A DNA stretch of 64,000 nucleotides. It comes from Myxococcota bacterium. Its GTDB lineage: Bacteria; Myxococcota_A; Polyangia; Nannocystales; Nannocystaceae. Below the pieces are notes generated by a model that ran no database searches, was not told the DNA's origin, and saw only the letters and a program-made list of their open reading frames with translations. Below are positions 18,606 to 31,407 of the stretch, one piece after another. The translations under genes were made by a program, and so were the position numbers. Position 1 is the first letter of the stretch. Every line of letters starts with the position of its first letter. The stretch spans positions 64,001-128,000 of the forward strand of contig JBCCHT010000005.1 in NCBI GenBank assembly GCA_039028615.1, written 5' to 3'.

Positions 18606-19783
18606 TGCCGCGCCGTCGTGGGCGGTGGCTCTGCGTCGGGCTGCTGGGAGCTGCGGCCTGCGGTGAGCCGGCGACGGCCCCCGAGGTGAAGGTCGAGGCC
18701 CCCGCCCCCGCGGGGACCTGGTCGCACGCCATCGTGTTCGAAGGCGGCGTGGGGTTTTCCGCGATCGAGACGCCCGATGAGGTCGAGCCGGGTGCGTCGC
18801 TCGAGCTTTCGTGGCGCGTCGAAGGGCCCACCGAAGGGCTCGTGGCCCGGGTGGGCGCGTGGCCGCCCCGGGCGGGGTCTCGGCAGGTCGCGCTCGGGGG
18901 CCTGGGCGCGCCGCCGGTCGAGGTTCCCGTCGACGCGCGAGCGAGCTTCGTCGAGCAACCATTGACCGCGCAGATGCAGGTCTCGCTGCCCCTCTCCACG
19001 CCGTGGCACACCCCGCAGGTGCTGGTCACGGTGGAGCTGCTCGATGGAGATGACCGCGTGCCCGCGACCGGTGGCCCCCGACGCCACGACGGCGTGGCGC
19101 AGCTGGCCCTGGTCGACGTCGCCAAGCGGCCGACCCAGGTGGTCGCGGTGTCCATGGCCTCCCCGCCCGTGCTCGACGGACGGCTCGACGAGCCGGGATG
19201 GAGCGAGGCGACCGCGTACCCGATGTTCCACAGCCTCGACGGCGAGCCCTACCTCGAGCGTCCGGGCACGGTGCGATGGGCCTGGGACGCGCAGGCGCTG
19301 TACGTGGGCGCCGACATCCGGGATCCCGACGTGTGGTCCGAGTACCAGCGCCGCGACGATCCGCTGTGGAACCAGGAGGTCTTCGAGGTCTTCGTGTTCG
19401 GCGACGACCGACGCCGCGACTACCTCGAGCTGCAGGTGTCGCCCCGCGGCACCGTGTTCGACTCGCGCTTCGAGCACTACCGCAAGGGCGAGCCGGCGTG
19501 GAACGGGCAGTGGCAGGCGGCGGTGGACCTGCGGGGCACCCTCGACGACCGCCGCGATCGCGACGAGGGCTGGAGCGCCGAGCTGTCGATCCCGTGGACC
19601 GAGATCTGTGCGCACACCGAAGTTTCGTGCCCGGTGCAGCCCGGCGTACAGCTGAGAATCAACGCCTTTCGCTTCGAACGACCGCACAAGGGCCCGACGC
19701 TGGGGCTGGCCCTCAGCCCGCCCCGTGTGCCCGACTTCCACGCGCCCGAGAACGCGGCCGTGCTAAAGCTGGGGAACCCATGA
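18605..19783 (+). CDS. Lipoprotein with C-terminal CBM9-like (DOMON-like) domain
   Basis: Lipobox AAAC; PVLDGRLDEPGW, WD..ALYV, RDDPLW.QEVFEVF, YLELQVSPRG, WSAELSIPW, DFH; TAATG coupling. Confidence 0.8.
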   Translation: MPRRRGRWLCVGLLGAAACGEPATAPEVKVEAPAPAGTWSHAIVFEGGVGFSAIETPDEVEPGASLELSWRVEGPTEGLVARVGAWPPRAGSRQVALGGLGAPPVEVPVDARASFVEQPLTAQMQVSLPLSTPWHTPQVLVTVELLDGDDRVPATGGPRRHDGVAQLALVDVAKRPTQVVAVSMASPPVLDGRLDEPGWSEATAYPMFHSLDGEPYLERPGTVRWAWDAQALYVGADIRDPDVWSEYQRRDDPLWNQEVFEVFVFGDDRRRDYLELQVSPRGTVFDSRFEHYRKGEPAWNGQWQAAVDLRGTLDDRRDRDEGWSAELSIPWTEICAHTEVSCPVQPGVQLRINAFRFERPHKGPTLGLALSPPRVPDFHAPENAAVLKLGNP

Positions 19784-21465
19784 GGCATGTTCCGTGGCGG
19801 GCCGCAGCGGCGGCCGCGATGATGTTCCTGCTCGGCGCCTGCCCCTCCGGTCCCGGGGTCGGGCCCGCGGCGCGTCGGCACACCAAAGAGCCCAGCGCGG
19901 CCGACCTCGAGGGCATCGAGCGGGCCGAGCTGCAGGTCGAGCCCAGTGCCTCCGCCGTCACCAGCTACGGCACCGAGATCCAGCATCCGCTCACCGAGGT
20001 CGAGGCCGCCGTCGTCGATGCGGTGAAGGGCCAGCCCATGCGCCACCGCCCCGCGCTCAGCCGCATGGTGCGGGAACTGGCGCGGACGATGCCCGCGCGG
20101 ATGAACGCGCCTCCCTCGCTGGTCGATGGCTTGATGTCGTGGTCGGGCATGGTCGACCCGCACCCGCGCCTGGTGCTGGTGGAGATGTCCGAAGACCCGC
20201 ACGAGTGCCACCGCCGGGTGGTGCCGCAGTGCCAGGAGGTCCTCGCGTCGCTCGTCGAGCAGCTGCAGCTGGCCCCGGGCGAGGCCGACTCCAAGAACTT
20301 CGTGTTCGGGGTGGGGGTCGCGAAGCTCGAGGGGGGCCGCACCCGCATGATGGCCGCGTTGCTCGAGCAAGCGGTGGCCCTGGAGCCCATGCCTCGCTCG
20401 GTGGGTGGAAGCGTACCCTTCACCGTCGGCGGTACCTTGCTCGGGCCTCGCACCGCGCCCGTGGTCGAGGTCGTGACGCCCGGCGGTCACTGGAAGCGCA
20501 TGCCCACCAGCGTTTCGGTGGACGGTCGCTTCCAGGCTCAGGTCAGCTGCGACGACGGCAGGGGCCCCTATCAGGTCGAGGTCTTGGCCAACGGCACCCA
20601 TGGCATCGAGGTGGCGGCCAACTTCCCCGTGTTCTGCGGAGCGCCGCCGCCCACCACCATCAGCGTGCTCCTCGAGCGCATGGACGAGTCGGTGGGGGCA
20701 GGGCAGCTGGCGCGGGCGAACTTCTTGTATCTCAACGAGGAACGGCGCCTACGAGGCCTACCCGAGCTAGCCTGGGACCCCGAGGCCACCACCGTCGCGC
20801 TGGGACATAGCCAGGACATGTACGACAACGGCTTCGTGGGGCACGTCTCGCCGCGCACGGGGGACGTGGTCGCTCGCTTCTCTCGCGCCGGTCTGCGCGG
20901 GGCCATCGTGCGAGAAAACGTGGCGCGTGGGTACGGCCCGCGGGGCATCAACGACAGCCTCATGGCGAGCCCGGGGCATCGCGCCAACATCCTGGCCACC
21001 GATGTCACGCACGTGGGCATCGCGGCCGTGCTCGCTCCCGTGGACGCCGAGAACCCGGACGCGCCGCGCTCGGTCTTCTTGACCCAGAACTTCTACAAGA
21101 AGCCGGGTGCGGGCTTGCCTCGCGACAACCTCGGGCCGCTGTTGCAGGGCAAGGTCGACGAGCGTCGCGTGCAGCTGGGTGTCACGCCCGTGCGGTGGGA
21201 CGACGCGCTGTCCAAGATCGCGACCAAGCGCGCGGAGGCCATCGCCAAGGGGCGGGCCGCCCCCGAGTACGAAAAGGACGTGTTTGCGCTGGGCTACCAG
21301 AGCATCGACGTGCACCTCGTCTCGAGCATCGACTTCGACGCGCTGGCGGGGCTCGAGCTGTGGGCCCAGCCGCAGCTCGAGGTCGGCCTGGGCGTCGCGC
21401 GGGGCAAAGAGGGCGGGGGCGAGACCTTCGTCCTGGTGGTGATGGTCGGCGAGCGCAGCCCCTGA
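19780..21465 (+). CDS. CAP/SCP domain lipoprotein
   Basis: Lipobox LGAC; LNEERR..GL..L.WD, HSQDM, GH.SP, ENVARG, SPGHRANIL, THVGI; second degenerate CAP-like repeat; ATGA coupling. Confidence 0.85.
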   Translation: MRHVPWRAAAAAAMMFLLGACPSGPGVGPAARRHTKEPSAADLEGIERAELQVEPSASAVTSYGTEIQHPLTEVEAAVVDAVKGQPMRHRPALSRMVRELARTMPARMNAPPSLVDGLMSWSGMVDPHPRLVLVEMSEDPHECHRRVVPQCQEVLASLVEQLQLAPGEADSKNFVFGVGVAKLEGGRTRMMAALLEQAVALEPMPRSVGGSVPFTVGGTLLGPRTAPVVEVVTPGGHWKRMPTSVSVDGRFQAQVSCDDGRGPYQVEVLANGTHGIEVAANFPVFCGAPPPTTISVLLERMDESVGAGQLARANFLYLNEERRLRGLPELAWDPEATTVALGHSQDMYDNGFVGHVSPRTGDVVARFSRAGLRGAIVRENVARGYGPRGINDSLMASPGHRANILATDVTHVGIAAVLAPVDAENPDAPRSVFLTQNFYKKPGAGLPRDNLGPLLQGKVDERRVQLGVTPVRWDDALSKIATKRAEAIAKGRAAPEYEKDVFALGYQSIDVHLVSSIDFDALAGLELWAQPQLEVGLGVARGKEGGGETFVLVVMVGERSP

Positions 21466-21549
21466 GCGGGCGCCTCGCGAGTCCTCGAGCAATTTCGAGC
21501 ACGGCCGCGTCAGACCCGGAGACCCGGGTTCGTACACCTGTTCGAAACG

Positions 21550-22104
21550 ATGCCCCGCTTTGCTTTCCTTCGTCGCCTCGCCCCGATCCCCTTGCTCTTC
21601 GCCGCGGGTTGCTTCGACTCGTGCGAGCCGGGTGACGACCGACAGCCGTCCGGGAGCACGGTCGACTACGGCGCCGCCGAAGACCGGATCGTGGAGCTGT
21701 ACTTCGACAGCTTCGCCCGACCAGCCGACTTCGACGAGCAGCTCGACGACACGCGCGAGCTGTACGACACCCCGGCCGTGCATGCCTGTCTGCAGGAGAT
21801 CGCCGAGCGCCTGGTCGAGCCGGCACAGAGCCATCGCGAGCAGTGCGATACCCACGTCAACCCGCAGTGGCGCAACGACTGCTTGGACAACAACGATCCT
21901 GCCAGCGTGATCTTTTGGGCGGTGGACATGCGCAGCGTCCTGGAGGGCAGCCAGCCCTGGGCGAACACGCAGCAGGGCCAAGCCGCGATGCTCGCCGAGC
22001 AGGTGACCGACCTGAATCTCGGTGAAGGCGCTTGGGAAGATGCCTTCGAGGATGCCTTCGAGCGCTACGAGACGGTCATTCGCCTGTACCTCGATTGCAC
22101 CTGA
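21550..22104 (+). CDS. Hypothetical lipoprotein
   Basis: Lipobox FAAGC; helical acidic body with several Cys. Confidence 0.65.
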   Translation: MPRFAFLRRLAPIPLLFAAGCFDSCEPGDDRQPSGSTVDYGAAEDRIVELYFDSFARPADFDEQLDDTRELYDTPAVHACLQEIAERLVEPAQSHREQCDTHVNPQWRNDCLDNNDPASVIFWAVDMRSVLEGSQPWANTQQGQAAMLAEQVTDLNLGEGAWEDAFEDAFERYETVIRLYLDCT

Positions 22105-22146
22105 CGCCGTGCCGAGCGGTGACGCGTCTTGCAGTACACTGCTTCG

Positions 22147-24308
22147 GTGAGCCAGCGGCGCGAGCACTTCCGAACCTGCAATCTGTGCGAGGCCATGTGC
22201 GGCCTGAAGATCGAAGTCGACGGCGACGACGTCATCTCCGTCCGCGGCGACGAGGAGGATCCCTTCTCCCGTGGCTATATGTGCCCCAAGGGTCCGGCGC
22301 TGGCTGGCCTGCACGCCGACACCGATCGCTTGCGCCAGCCGATGCGACGTCGGGGCGAACGCTGGAGTCCCGTGGGATGGGACGAGGCCCTCGACGAGGC
22401 GGCCGGGCGCATCCACGAGATTCAGGAAAGGTACGGCCGCAATGCCGTCGCCGCCTACGTGGGCAACCCGACGGTGCACAACCTCGGGGCGCTGGTGTAT
22501 GGCCCGCGCTTCTTGCAGCGGCTGCGGAGCAAGAACCGGTTCTCCGCCACCTCGGTCGACCAGCTGCCGCACATGTTCGCCTCGTATCTGATGTTTGGAC
22601 ATCAGCTGCTGCTGCCAATCCCCGACGTCGATCGCACGTCGCTGTTCTTGGTGCTGGGGGCCAACCCCCTGGTATCCAACGGGAGCTTGATGACCGCGCC
22701 CGGCATGGCCCGGCGGATCCGCGAGCTGCGGGACCGCGGCGGGCGGGTGGTGGTCATCGATCCGCGGCGCAGCGAGACGGCGGCCAAGGCCGACGAACAC
22801 CACTTCATCCGCCCCGGCACGGACGCGTGGTTGCTGCTCGGGATGCTGCACACGCTCTTCGCCGAGGACCGCGTGAACCTTCGCCACCTCGACGCGGTGG
22901 TCGATGGCCTGGGGGACTTGAGACGCGCGGTGCAGGACTTCTCGCCGCAGCGGGTCGCCCCCATCACCGGGATCGATGCGGACACCATCGCCGGCCTCGC
23001 GCGCGACCTGGCCGATGCGGATGCCGGGGTCTGCTACGGCCGCATGGGGACCTCGGTGCAGGCCCACGGCGCCGTGTGTGCGTGGCTGTGCCAGGCGATC
23101 AACATCGTGACCGGGCACTTCGATCGAGCGGGCGGGGCGATGTTCACCACGCCGGCCGTCGACGTCATCTCGGCTCCCAAGGGGCTCGGCGTGGGCCCGG
23201 GCGGCTTCTCTCGCTGGCGTAGCCGTGTCCGCGACCTGCCCGAGTTCGGCGGCGAACTGCCTGTCGCGACCATGGCCGACGAGATGCTCACCGAAGGGGA
23301 GGGGCAGATCCGCGGCCTGTTCACCATGGCGGGCAACCCGGTGCTCTCGACCCCCAACGGGGCGCGGCTCGAGCAGGCGCTGGCCGGCCTCGACTTTTAC
23401 GTCGCGGTCGACTTCTATCTCAACGAGACCACGCGACACGCCGACCTGATCTTGCCGCCCACCTCGCCGCTGCAGCGCAGTCACTACGACCTGGTGTTCC
23501 ATTTGCTCGCGGTGCGCAACACGGCGAAGCTCTCGCCGCCGCTGTTTCCCAAGGGGGACGACGAGCGCCACGACTGGCAGATCCTCCACGGGCTCTCCAC
23601 TCGACTCGGCCAGCTGCGAGGTAACGTTCCGCTGCCCGAGCGAGTCATCGAGCGCATGCTCGGGCGGGTGGGCCCCGAGCGCGTCGTCGACATCGGCTTG
23701 CGGGCGGGTCCCTACGGGCTGCGGGCGCGCGGGCTGAAGGGACTGTCGGGCTCGGGCCTGCGGGCGGCGCCCCACGGGGTCGACCTGGGACCGCTGCAGC
23801 CGTGCGTGCCTCAGCGCCTGCCCAAGGGGCGCATCAACATCGCGCCGCAGCTGCTGGTCGAAGGCCTGGCGCCGCTGCGCGCCGAGCTGCAGGCCGAGGC
23901 CCCGAAGGGGGAGGCCGACGACGGGCTGCTACTCATCGGTCGCCGTCAGCTCCGGAACAACAACTCCTGGATGCACAACGTGCCCTCGCTGGTCAGCGGC
24001 AAGTCCCGCTGCACCCTGCTGATGAACCCCGAAGACGCGGCGTCTCGCCGGCTCTCGGCCGGGGACGAGGTCTGCGTGACGTCGCGGGTGGGCGAGGTTC
24101 GGGTGCCGCTCGAGCTCACCGCCGATCTCATGCCCGGGGTGGTGAGCTTGCCCCACGGCTTTGGTCACGGACGCCCGGGCACCCGGCTGGCGGTGGCGCA
24201 GGAGCACGCAGGCGTGAGCATCAACGACCTCACGGACGAGCTGCGGGTCGATGAGGTCTGCGGTAACGCGGCGCTGTCCGGCGTGCAGGTGCAGGTCACC
24301 GCGGTCGC

Positions 24309-24312
<4 letters not shown>
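22147..24312 (+). CDS. Molybdopterin (bis-MGD) oxidoreductase catalytic subunit
   Basis: CNLCEAMC...CPKG 4Fe-4S motif, IDPRRSETA, NETTRHAD, NNSWMHN, molydop-binding C-terminus; GTG start chosen (ORF track starts at 22129). Confidence 0.92.
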
Positions 24313-26396
<2,084 letters not shown>

Positions 26397-26548
26397 TGAT
26401 AGGGAGAGTATCCCAGTGACTCATGCCCCGGGAGGAAATCGGTTCCCTGGAGGGCGCCGTCCAATCGGGGTGATCGCCATACTCATCGGTGTCCATCTGA
26501 CACGTCGAGCGAATCCGTAATGTGAATGCTGTTCGTGTTTTGTCGGGC

Positions 26549-28237
26549 TCACCCCGGGTGGGCGTGCTCCCACAAGGTGTCTTCTTCGGGAACGGCAGGT
26601 TCCTCGATTTCACCGTTCGGCCACCGAATCGAAATCGTCTGCAGATGCTCGAGACCGAGTCCGAAGTGCAGGCGGGTAGGGTTGACCGACGACACGGACG
26701 AGCCGGCTTTGACCTCCTGCATCATCGTGTGTCCGCCGTCGGTGGTGACCCAGACACGAGCACCGATGGCGTCGCGGTTGATGGAGCCGCCGCCCTCGAG
26801 ATCGATCGCGAGCCAGTGGTGCTCGGGCCACAGCGCCTGATTTCGGTACAGGCGGTGCCCCTCGTGGCGGTTGGAGACCATCATGTCCAGGGCCCCGTCG
26901 TGGTCGACGTCGGCGTAGGTGACCCCGAAGCCGTACCCCGAGTCGGCGCAGCCACTGATCCCGGTGACGTCCTCGAAGGTTCCGTCGCCGTTGTTGTGAT
27001 AGAGCAGGTTGGTCCAGCGCTTCGGGATGTAGCCCTCGGCGAGGTAAAGGTCGGGCCAGCGGTCGTTGTCGTAGTCGAACAGGAACACGCCCCAGCCCAC
27101 GCCCATCTCGCCCAGCCCCGCCTCGGCGGACGCATGCACGAAACCCTCGGTGCCCTGCGCACGGAGGTTCTGGACCAGGTCGATGTCATCCTCGTCGGTG
27201 AACACGATGTCGAGGTCGAGGTCGTTGTCGTAGTCGCCGACCGCCACCCCCATGGAGCACTCGGCCAGGGCGGCGCCCTCGATCGGGGCCGCGTCTACGA
27301 AACACCACCCCGCGCAGCCCGGGCCGTCGTTGCGCCACAGTCGGTTGCCGACTTGCTTGTCGTTCGAGACATACAGGTCGAGGTCCCCGTCGTCGTCGTA
27401 GTCGAGCCAGACCCCGACGAAGGCCTGGTAGTCCTCGGGGGGCTGGACCAGCGTGGACACGTCCGAGAACGTGCCGTCGCCGTCGGCGTGGTAGAGCACG
27501 TCGGGCTCGTTCTCGGCGTTGGCCACGTACAGGTCGAGCCACCCGTCGCCATCGTAGTCGGCCCAGGACGCCGATGTGCCGTTGTGCGGATCACCCACGC
27601 CAGCCGACACGGTGACATCCTCGAGGCCGGTACCATCGAGGTTGCGCAGCAGCACATTGGCTCCGTTGCGCAGCAGGTAGATGTCGGACCAGCCGTCGTT
27701 GTCGAAGTCCGCAATGGACACGCCGATCGTGCGGTCGAAAGACTCGAGTAGATCGTCGGCGGCCCACTCGTCCAGGGTTCCGTCCCCGAGATTGAGGTAC
27801 ACGTGCGACGGACCTTCGCCGCCGGCCGTGACGAGGTCGAGCCACCCGTCTCTATCGAGGTCGGCCCAGCCATTGCCGGGACCCCAGGCAGCCACGACCG
27901 TCTCGTAGGGCGCCAAGAAATCCGTGGCCTCGAACAGCGTGGCCGGGCGTGGCGCGTCGCCCGTGCTGCTCGACCCGTCGTCGGCCTCGCTCGACCCCTC
28001 GGCGTGGGTGGTGTTCGAGTCCGTCGTCGACGACGGTGAGGTGGTCGTCGCGAGACCGGTCTGCTCCGTGCTTGCGGAGGTCGGTCCCGACGGCGCGTCC
28101 GAAGTCGATCCCGAGCTCGATGCCGTCGCTGTGTCTATGCTGGATTCGCCGGGGAGCGTGCCATTCGAGCAGCCACCCACCAACACGATCCACGCCCCGA
28201 GGGTCGTCGGCCACCTCGGCTGTTCGTTGCCCCCCAT
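26549..28237 (-). CDS. CRTAC1-like lipoprotein (FG-GAP repeats + ASPIC/UnbV)
   Basis: Lipobox VGGC, Ser/Thr linker, about 7 DxDxDGxxD repeats, INRDAIGARV...LHFGLG...IRWPNG. Confidence 0.88.
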   Translation of the reverse strand: MGGNEQPRWPTTLGAWIVLVGGCSNGTLPGESSIDTATASSSGSTSDAPSGPTSASTEQTGLATTTSPSSTTDSNTTHAEGSSEADDGSSSTGDAPRPATLFEATDFLAPYETVVAAWGPGNGWADLDRDGWLDLVTAGGEGPSHVYLNLGDGTLDEWAADDLLESFDRTIGVSIADFDNDGWSDIYLLRNGANVLLRNLDGTGLEDVTVSAGVGDPHNGTSASWADYDGDGWLDLYVANAENEPDVLYHADGDGTFSDVSTLVQPPEDYQAFVGVWLDYDDDGDLDLYVSNDKQVGNRLWRNDGPGCAGWCFVDAAPIEGAALAECSMGVAVGDYDNDLDLDIVFTDEDDIDLVQNLRAQGTEGFVHASAEAGLGEMGVGWGVFLFDYDNDRWPDLYLAEGYIPKRWTNLLYHNNGDGTFEDVTGISGCADSGYGFGVTYADVDHDGALDMMVSNRHEGHRLYRNQALWPEHHWLAIDLEGGGSINRDAIGARVWVTTDGGHTMMQEVKAGSSVSSVNPTRLHFGLGLEHLQTISIRWPNGEIEEPAVPEEDTLWEHAHPG

Positions 28238-28633
28238 CCACGAACGACTATAGACGTCGGGTTGCCGACTTGGCGAGCTGGAGTACGTCTGAAACCAACG
28301 CCGTGGAATGAAGGCGAGTTTCGTTTCCCCCGTTTTGTCCCTCGATACGGCTCGTGACAACGGGCACGGGACAATCTCGCGGTTCGCCTGGCCGAGCCGA
28401 AGCCGGACCTAGCCGCGTCCTGCACCCAAAATTCGACGAAAAGGGCCGCCACGAGAAACCTGGTCGGTGCATGTACGTCCAACCCCAATGGTGGTCATCG
28501 GACGAAACACGGCTACAACGTTCGTGGCGTATCGCCATCGGGGGGGTCCGAATGACGGCGATCGAAATTCGGCCGAAGGCATGGTTGCGGATGTTCCGTT
28601 CATCGAACGAAGAACTCCCTCGAGGAACCTCAA

Positions 28634-29365
28634 ATGCTCGCCAATAAGCTCCTGAACTACCTCAAGATGCGGCTGTATGCCGCGAGCCAGTTCCCGGATC
28701 CCCAGGCGCTCTACGACCACGATGGCATCGCGGCCGTCACCCGCTACCTCAAGGGCTGCGGGTCGACCACCATCACGAGCGAAATCCTGGCTCGCTTTGG
28801 CGCCAAGATTCACCCCGATTGCCAACCCATCGGGCCCTTCATCACGGTGCACGAGGCGCCGGTCGACTACAGCAACCTCGAGATCGGGGCCAATTGCCAT
28901 ATCGGCAAAGAGGTCTTCTTTGACCTCACCGAGAAGATCCTCATCGAGGAGGGGGCCGGTATCGGCATGCGGTCGGTGGTGCTGACGCACCTCAACTTCG
29001 ACGCCAACCCGTCGCGGCCAGTGGCCTCCATGTTCCCCAAGTACGAGCGCCCCACCATCATCAAGCGGGGCGCGGCCGTCGGGGCCGGGGTGACCATCCT
29101 TTCGGGGGTCACCATCGGCGAGCATGCGGTGGTCGGTGCCGGCTGTGTGGTGACCGAGGACGTGCCCGCGTGCACCATCCTCAAGAGCACCCAGCCGCCT
29201 CGGGCCTATCGCATGCCCTCATCCATCGTTCGCAAGCTCAACCCCACCGAGGCCGACGCCGAGACCGACGCGGCCAACGAGGCGTCGCCCGTGCGCAAGA
29301 TCGGCGAGGGCACCTGGCCGCCCACGCCGGGTCGGCCTCGTCGTCGTCGCCCCACCGGCTCGTAG
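28634..29365 (+). CDS. Hexapeptide-repeat (LbH) acyltransferase
   Basis: GAGGA RBS; LEIGANCHIG, IKRGAAVGAGVTILSGVTIGEHAVVGAGCVVTEDVP. Confidence 0.85.
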   Translation: MLANKLLNYLKMRLYAASQFPDPQALYDHDGIAAVTRYLKGCGSTTITSEILARFGAKIHPDCQPIGPFITVHEAPVDYSNLEIGANCHIGKEVFFDLTEKILIEEGAGIGMRSVVLTHLNFDANPSRPVASMFPKYERPTIIKRGAAVGAGVTILSGVTIGEHAVVGAGCVVTEDVPACTILKSTQPPRAYRMPSSIVRKLNPTEADAETDAANEASPVRKIGEGTWPPTPGRPRRRRPTGS

Positions 29366-29541
29366 TCGCACCCGCCCTGCCGCGGCGCGCCTCGATCCCC
29401 CCGACGGACCGGTGGTCGCGAGGGGCGCCGAATGGCGCGGTTCCTGCGTAATCCTGCGCCCAGAGGGGCGTACAGGGCCTCGGGCCGCCGCGCGTGCCCT
29501 CACCTCGGCCCGACCGGGGTTTGGGTTATGCTCCGTCGCCG

Positions 29542-30462
29542 ATGACGAACAGCGCCCATCCCGCCGCCCCGGAAAGCCGTCAAACCCTGGTGCTCGGGGT
29601 GATCGGAGGGTCGGGTCTGTATCAGATGGACGCGCTTTCCGACGCGTCGCAGGTCGAGCTGTCCACGCCCTTCGGCGCACCGAGTGCCGCGTACACGGTG
29701 GGCACCTTGCCCCGCAAAGAGGCGCCGCCGATCAAGGCCGTGTTCCTGCCCCGGCACGGCGTCGGGCACCGCTTCCTGCCCTCGGAGATCAACTACCGCG
29801 CCAACATCCACGGGCTCAAGCAGCTCGGGGTGACCCACCTGGTGTGCGTCTCGGCCGTAGGATCGCTTCGCGAGGACGTCGAGCCCGGTCACATCGTGGT
29901 GCCCGATCAGCTCATCGATCGCACCAAGGGGCGCGAGAGCACCTTCTTCGGCGACGGGGTCGTGGGCCACGTGCAGTTCGGCGACCCGACCTGTGACCGG
30001 CTGCGACCCCTGGTGGCGGCCGCGGCCAAAGACGCCGGCGCCACCGTGCACGAGGGCGGATCCTGCATCGTCATGGAGGGGCCGGCGTTCTCCACCCGCG
30101 CCGAGTCGAACCTCTACCGCAGCTGGGGCGCGTCGATCATCGGCATGACCGCGCTGCCCGAGGCCAAGCTCGCCCGCGAGGCGGAGATGGCCTACACGAT
30201 GCTCGCCCTGTCGACCGACTATGACTGCTGGCACACCGAAGAGGTCAGCGTCGAGGCGGTCATGGCGGTGATGGCCGGCAACATCGAGCGCGCGCGCCAG
30301 ACCCTGGTGTCGCTGGCATCCAAGCTTCCCGAGACCACGGCGCAGCTGCCCTATCCACGGGCCGTCGAAAATGCGCTGATGACTGCGCCCGAGCACATCG
30401 GGGTCGACGCTCGTCGTCGCCTCGACCTGATCATCGGGCATGTCCTGGAAACACGAGACTGA
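29542..30462 (+). CDS. mtnP: S-methyl-5'-thioadenosine phosphorylase
   Basis: GVIGGSGLY, FLPRHG..H..LPSEINYRANI, SAVGSLRE, MEGPAFSTRAES, GMT..PEAKLAREAE, TDYDCW. Confidence 0.95.
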   Translation: MTNSAHPAAPESRQTLVLGVIGGSGLYQMDALSDASQVELSTPFGAPSAAYTVGTLPRKEAPPIKAVFLPRHGVGHRFLPSEINYRANIHGLKQLGVTHLVCVSAVGSLREDVEPGHIVVPDQLIDRTKGRESTFFGDGVVGHVQFGDPTCDRLRPLVAAAAKDAGATVHEGGSCIVMEGPAFSTRAESNLYRSWGASIIGMTALPEAKLAREAEMAYTMLALSTDYDCWHTEEVSVEAVMAVMAGNIERARQTLVSLASKLPETTAQLPYPRAVENALMTAPEHIGVDARRRLDLIIGHVLETRD

Positions 30463-31400
30463 TGACCGACAAGAACCCATCCGTAGTCGTGGTCGGCAGC
30501 GTTGCTGTCGACTGGGTGATCACCCCCCGAGCCGAGCGCGAGACCAGCGTCGGTGGTTCGGCCACCTTCTTCTCCATGGCTGCGTCGTACTTCGGCCCGG
30601 TGCGCCTGGTGGGCGTGGTGGGCAAGGACTTCCCGGACCAGGCCCTGGCCGACCTGCGTAACGCCCACGTGGACACCGAGGGCCTCGAGATCGTGCCCGA
30701 CGGCAACACCTTCCACTGGAAGGGCCGCTACCACGACAACATGAACCAGCGGGACACGCTGGACACGCAGCTCAACGTGTTCGAGCACTTCGACCCGAAG
30801 CTGCCCGAGTCGTACCGCAACTGCGAGTACCTGTTCCTGGCCAACATCCAGCCCACGCTGCAGCTCAAGGTCCTCGACCAGATGGCCACGCGGCCCCGCC
30901 TGGTCGGCCTGGACACGATGAACCTGTGGATCGACGTCGCCAAGGACGACCTCATCAAGGTCCTCGAGCGCATCGACGTGCTCACCATCAACGAGGAAGA
31001 GGCGCAGCAGCTCACCGGCGAGTCCAACCTCGTCAAGGCGGCGCAGGCCATCCACAAAATCGGCCCCAAGAGCCTCGTGATCAAGCGTGGTGAGTACGGC
31101 GCGCTGCTGTTCCACGACGGCGAAATCTTCAGCGCGCCCGCGCTGCCCCTCGAGGACGTCATCGATCCCACGGGCGCGGGCGACAGCTTCGCGGGCGGCT
31201 TCATGGGCTACCTGGCGCGGGCCGGCGAGACCACGGGTGAGACCCTGCGCTCGGCCATGATCTACGGCTCGGTGATGGCCAGCTTCTGCGTCGAGGGCTT
31301 CTCCTACGACCAGGTCAAGGGCCTCGGACACCAGGCCATCGACGAGCGCTTCATGGCGTTCTCCCGGCTGACCCAGTTCGAGCGGGCGCGCCTGGTCTAG
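30462..31400 (+). CDS. PfkB family carbohydrate/nucleoside kinase
   Basis: VVGSVAVD, GGSATF, NEEEA, KRGEYGA, DPTGAGDSFAGG; TGATG coupling to mtnP. Confidence 0.93.
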   Translation: MTDKNPSVVVVGSVAVDWVITPRAERETSVGGSATFFSMAASYFGPVRLVGVVGKDFPDQALADLRNAHVDTEGLEIVPDGNTFHWKGRYHDNMNQRDTLDTQLNVFEHFDPKLPESYRNCEYLFLANIQPTLQLKVLDQMATRPRLVGLDTMNLWIDVAKDDLIKVLERIDVLTINEEEAQQLTGESNLVKAAQAIHKIGPKSLVIKRGEYGALLFHDGEIFSAPALPLEDVIDPTGAGDSFAGGFMGYLARAGETTGETLRSAMIYGSVMASFCVEGFSYDQVKGLGHQAIDERFMAFSRLTQFERARLV

Positions 31401-31407
31401 TGACCCG

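Noticed and set aside
20767..23775. Very long antisense or alternate-frame ORFs (e.g. 20767..23775-, 13817..16186+, 11314..13377-, 51391..53274-, 42061..43400+)
   Set aside because: They are shadows of real genes in high-GC DNA: Arg/Gly/Ala-rich, no motifs, and overlapping well-supported CDSs
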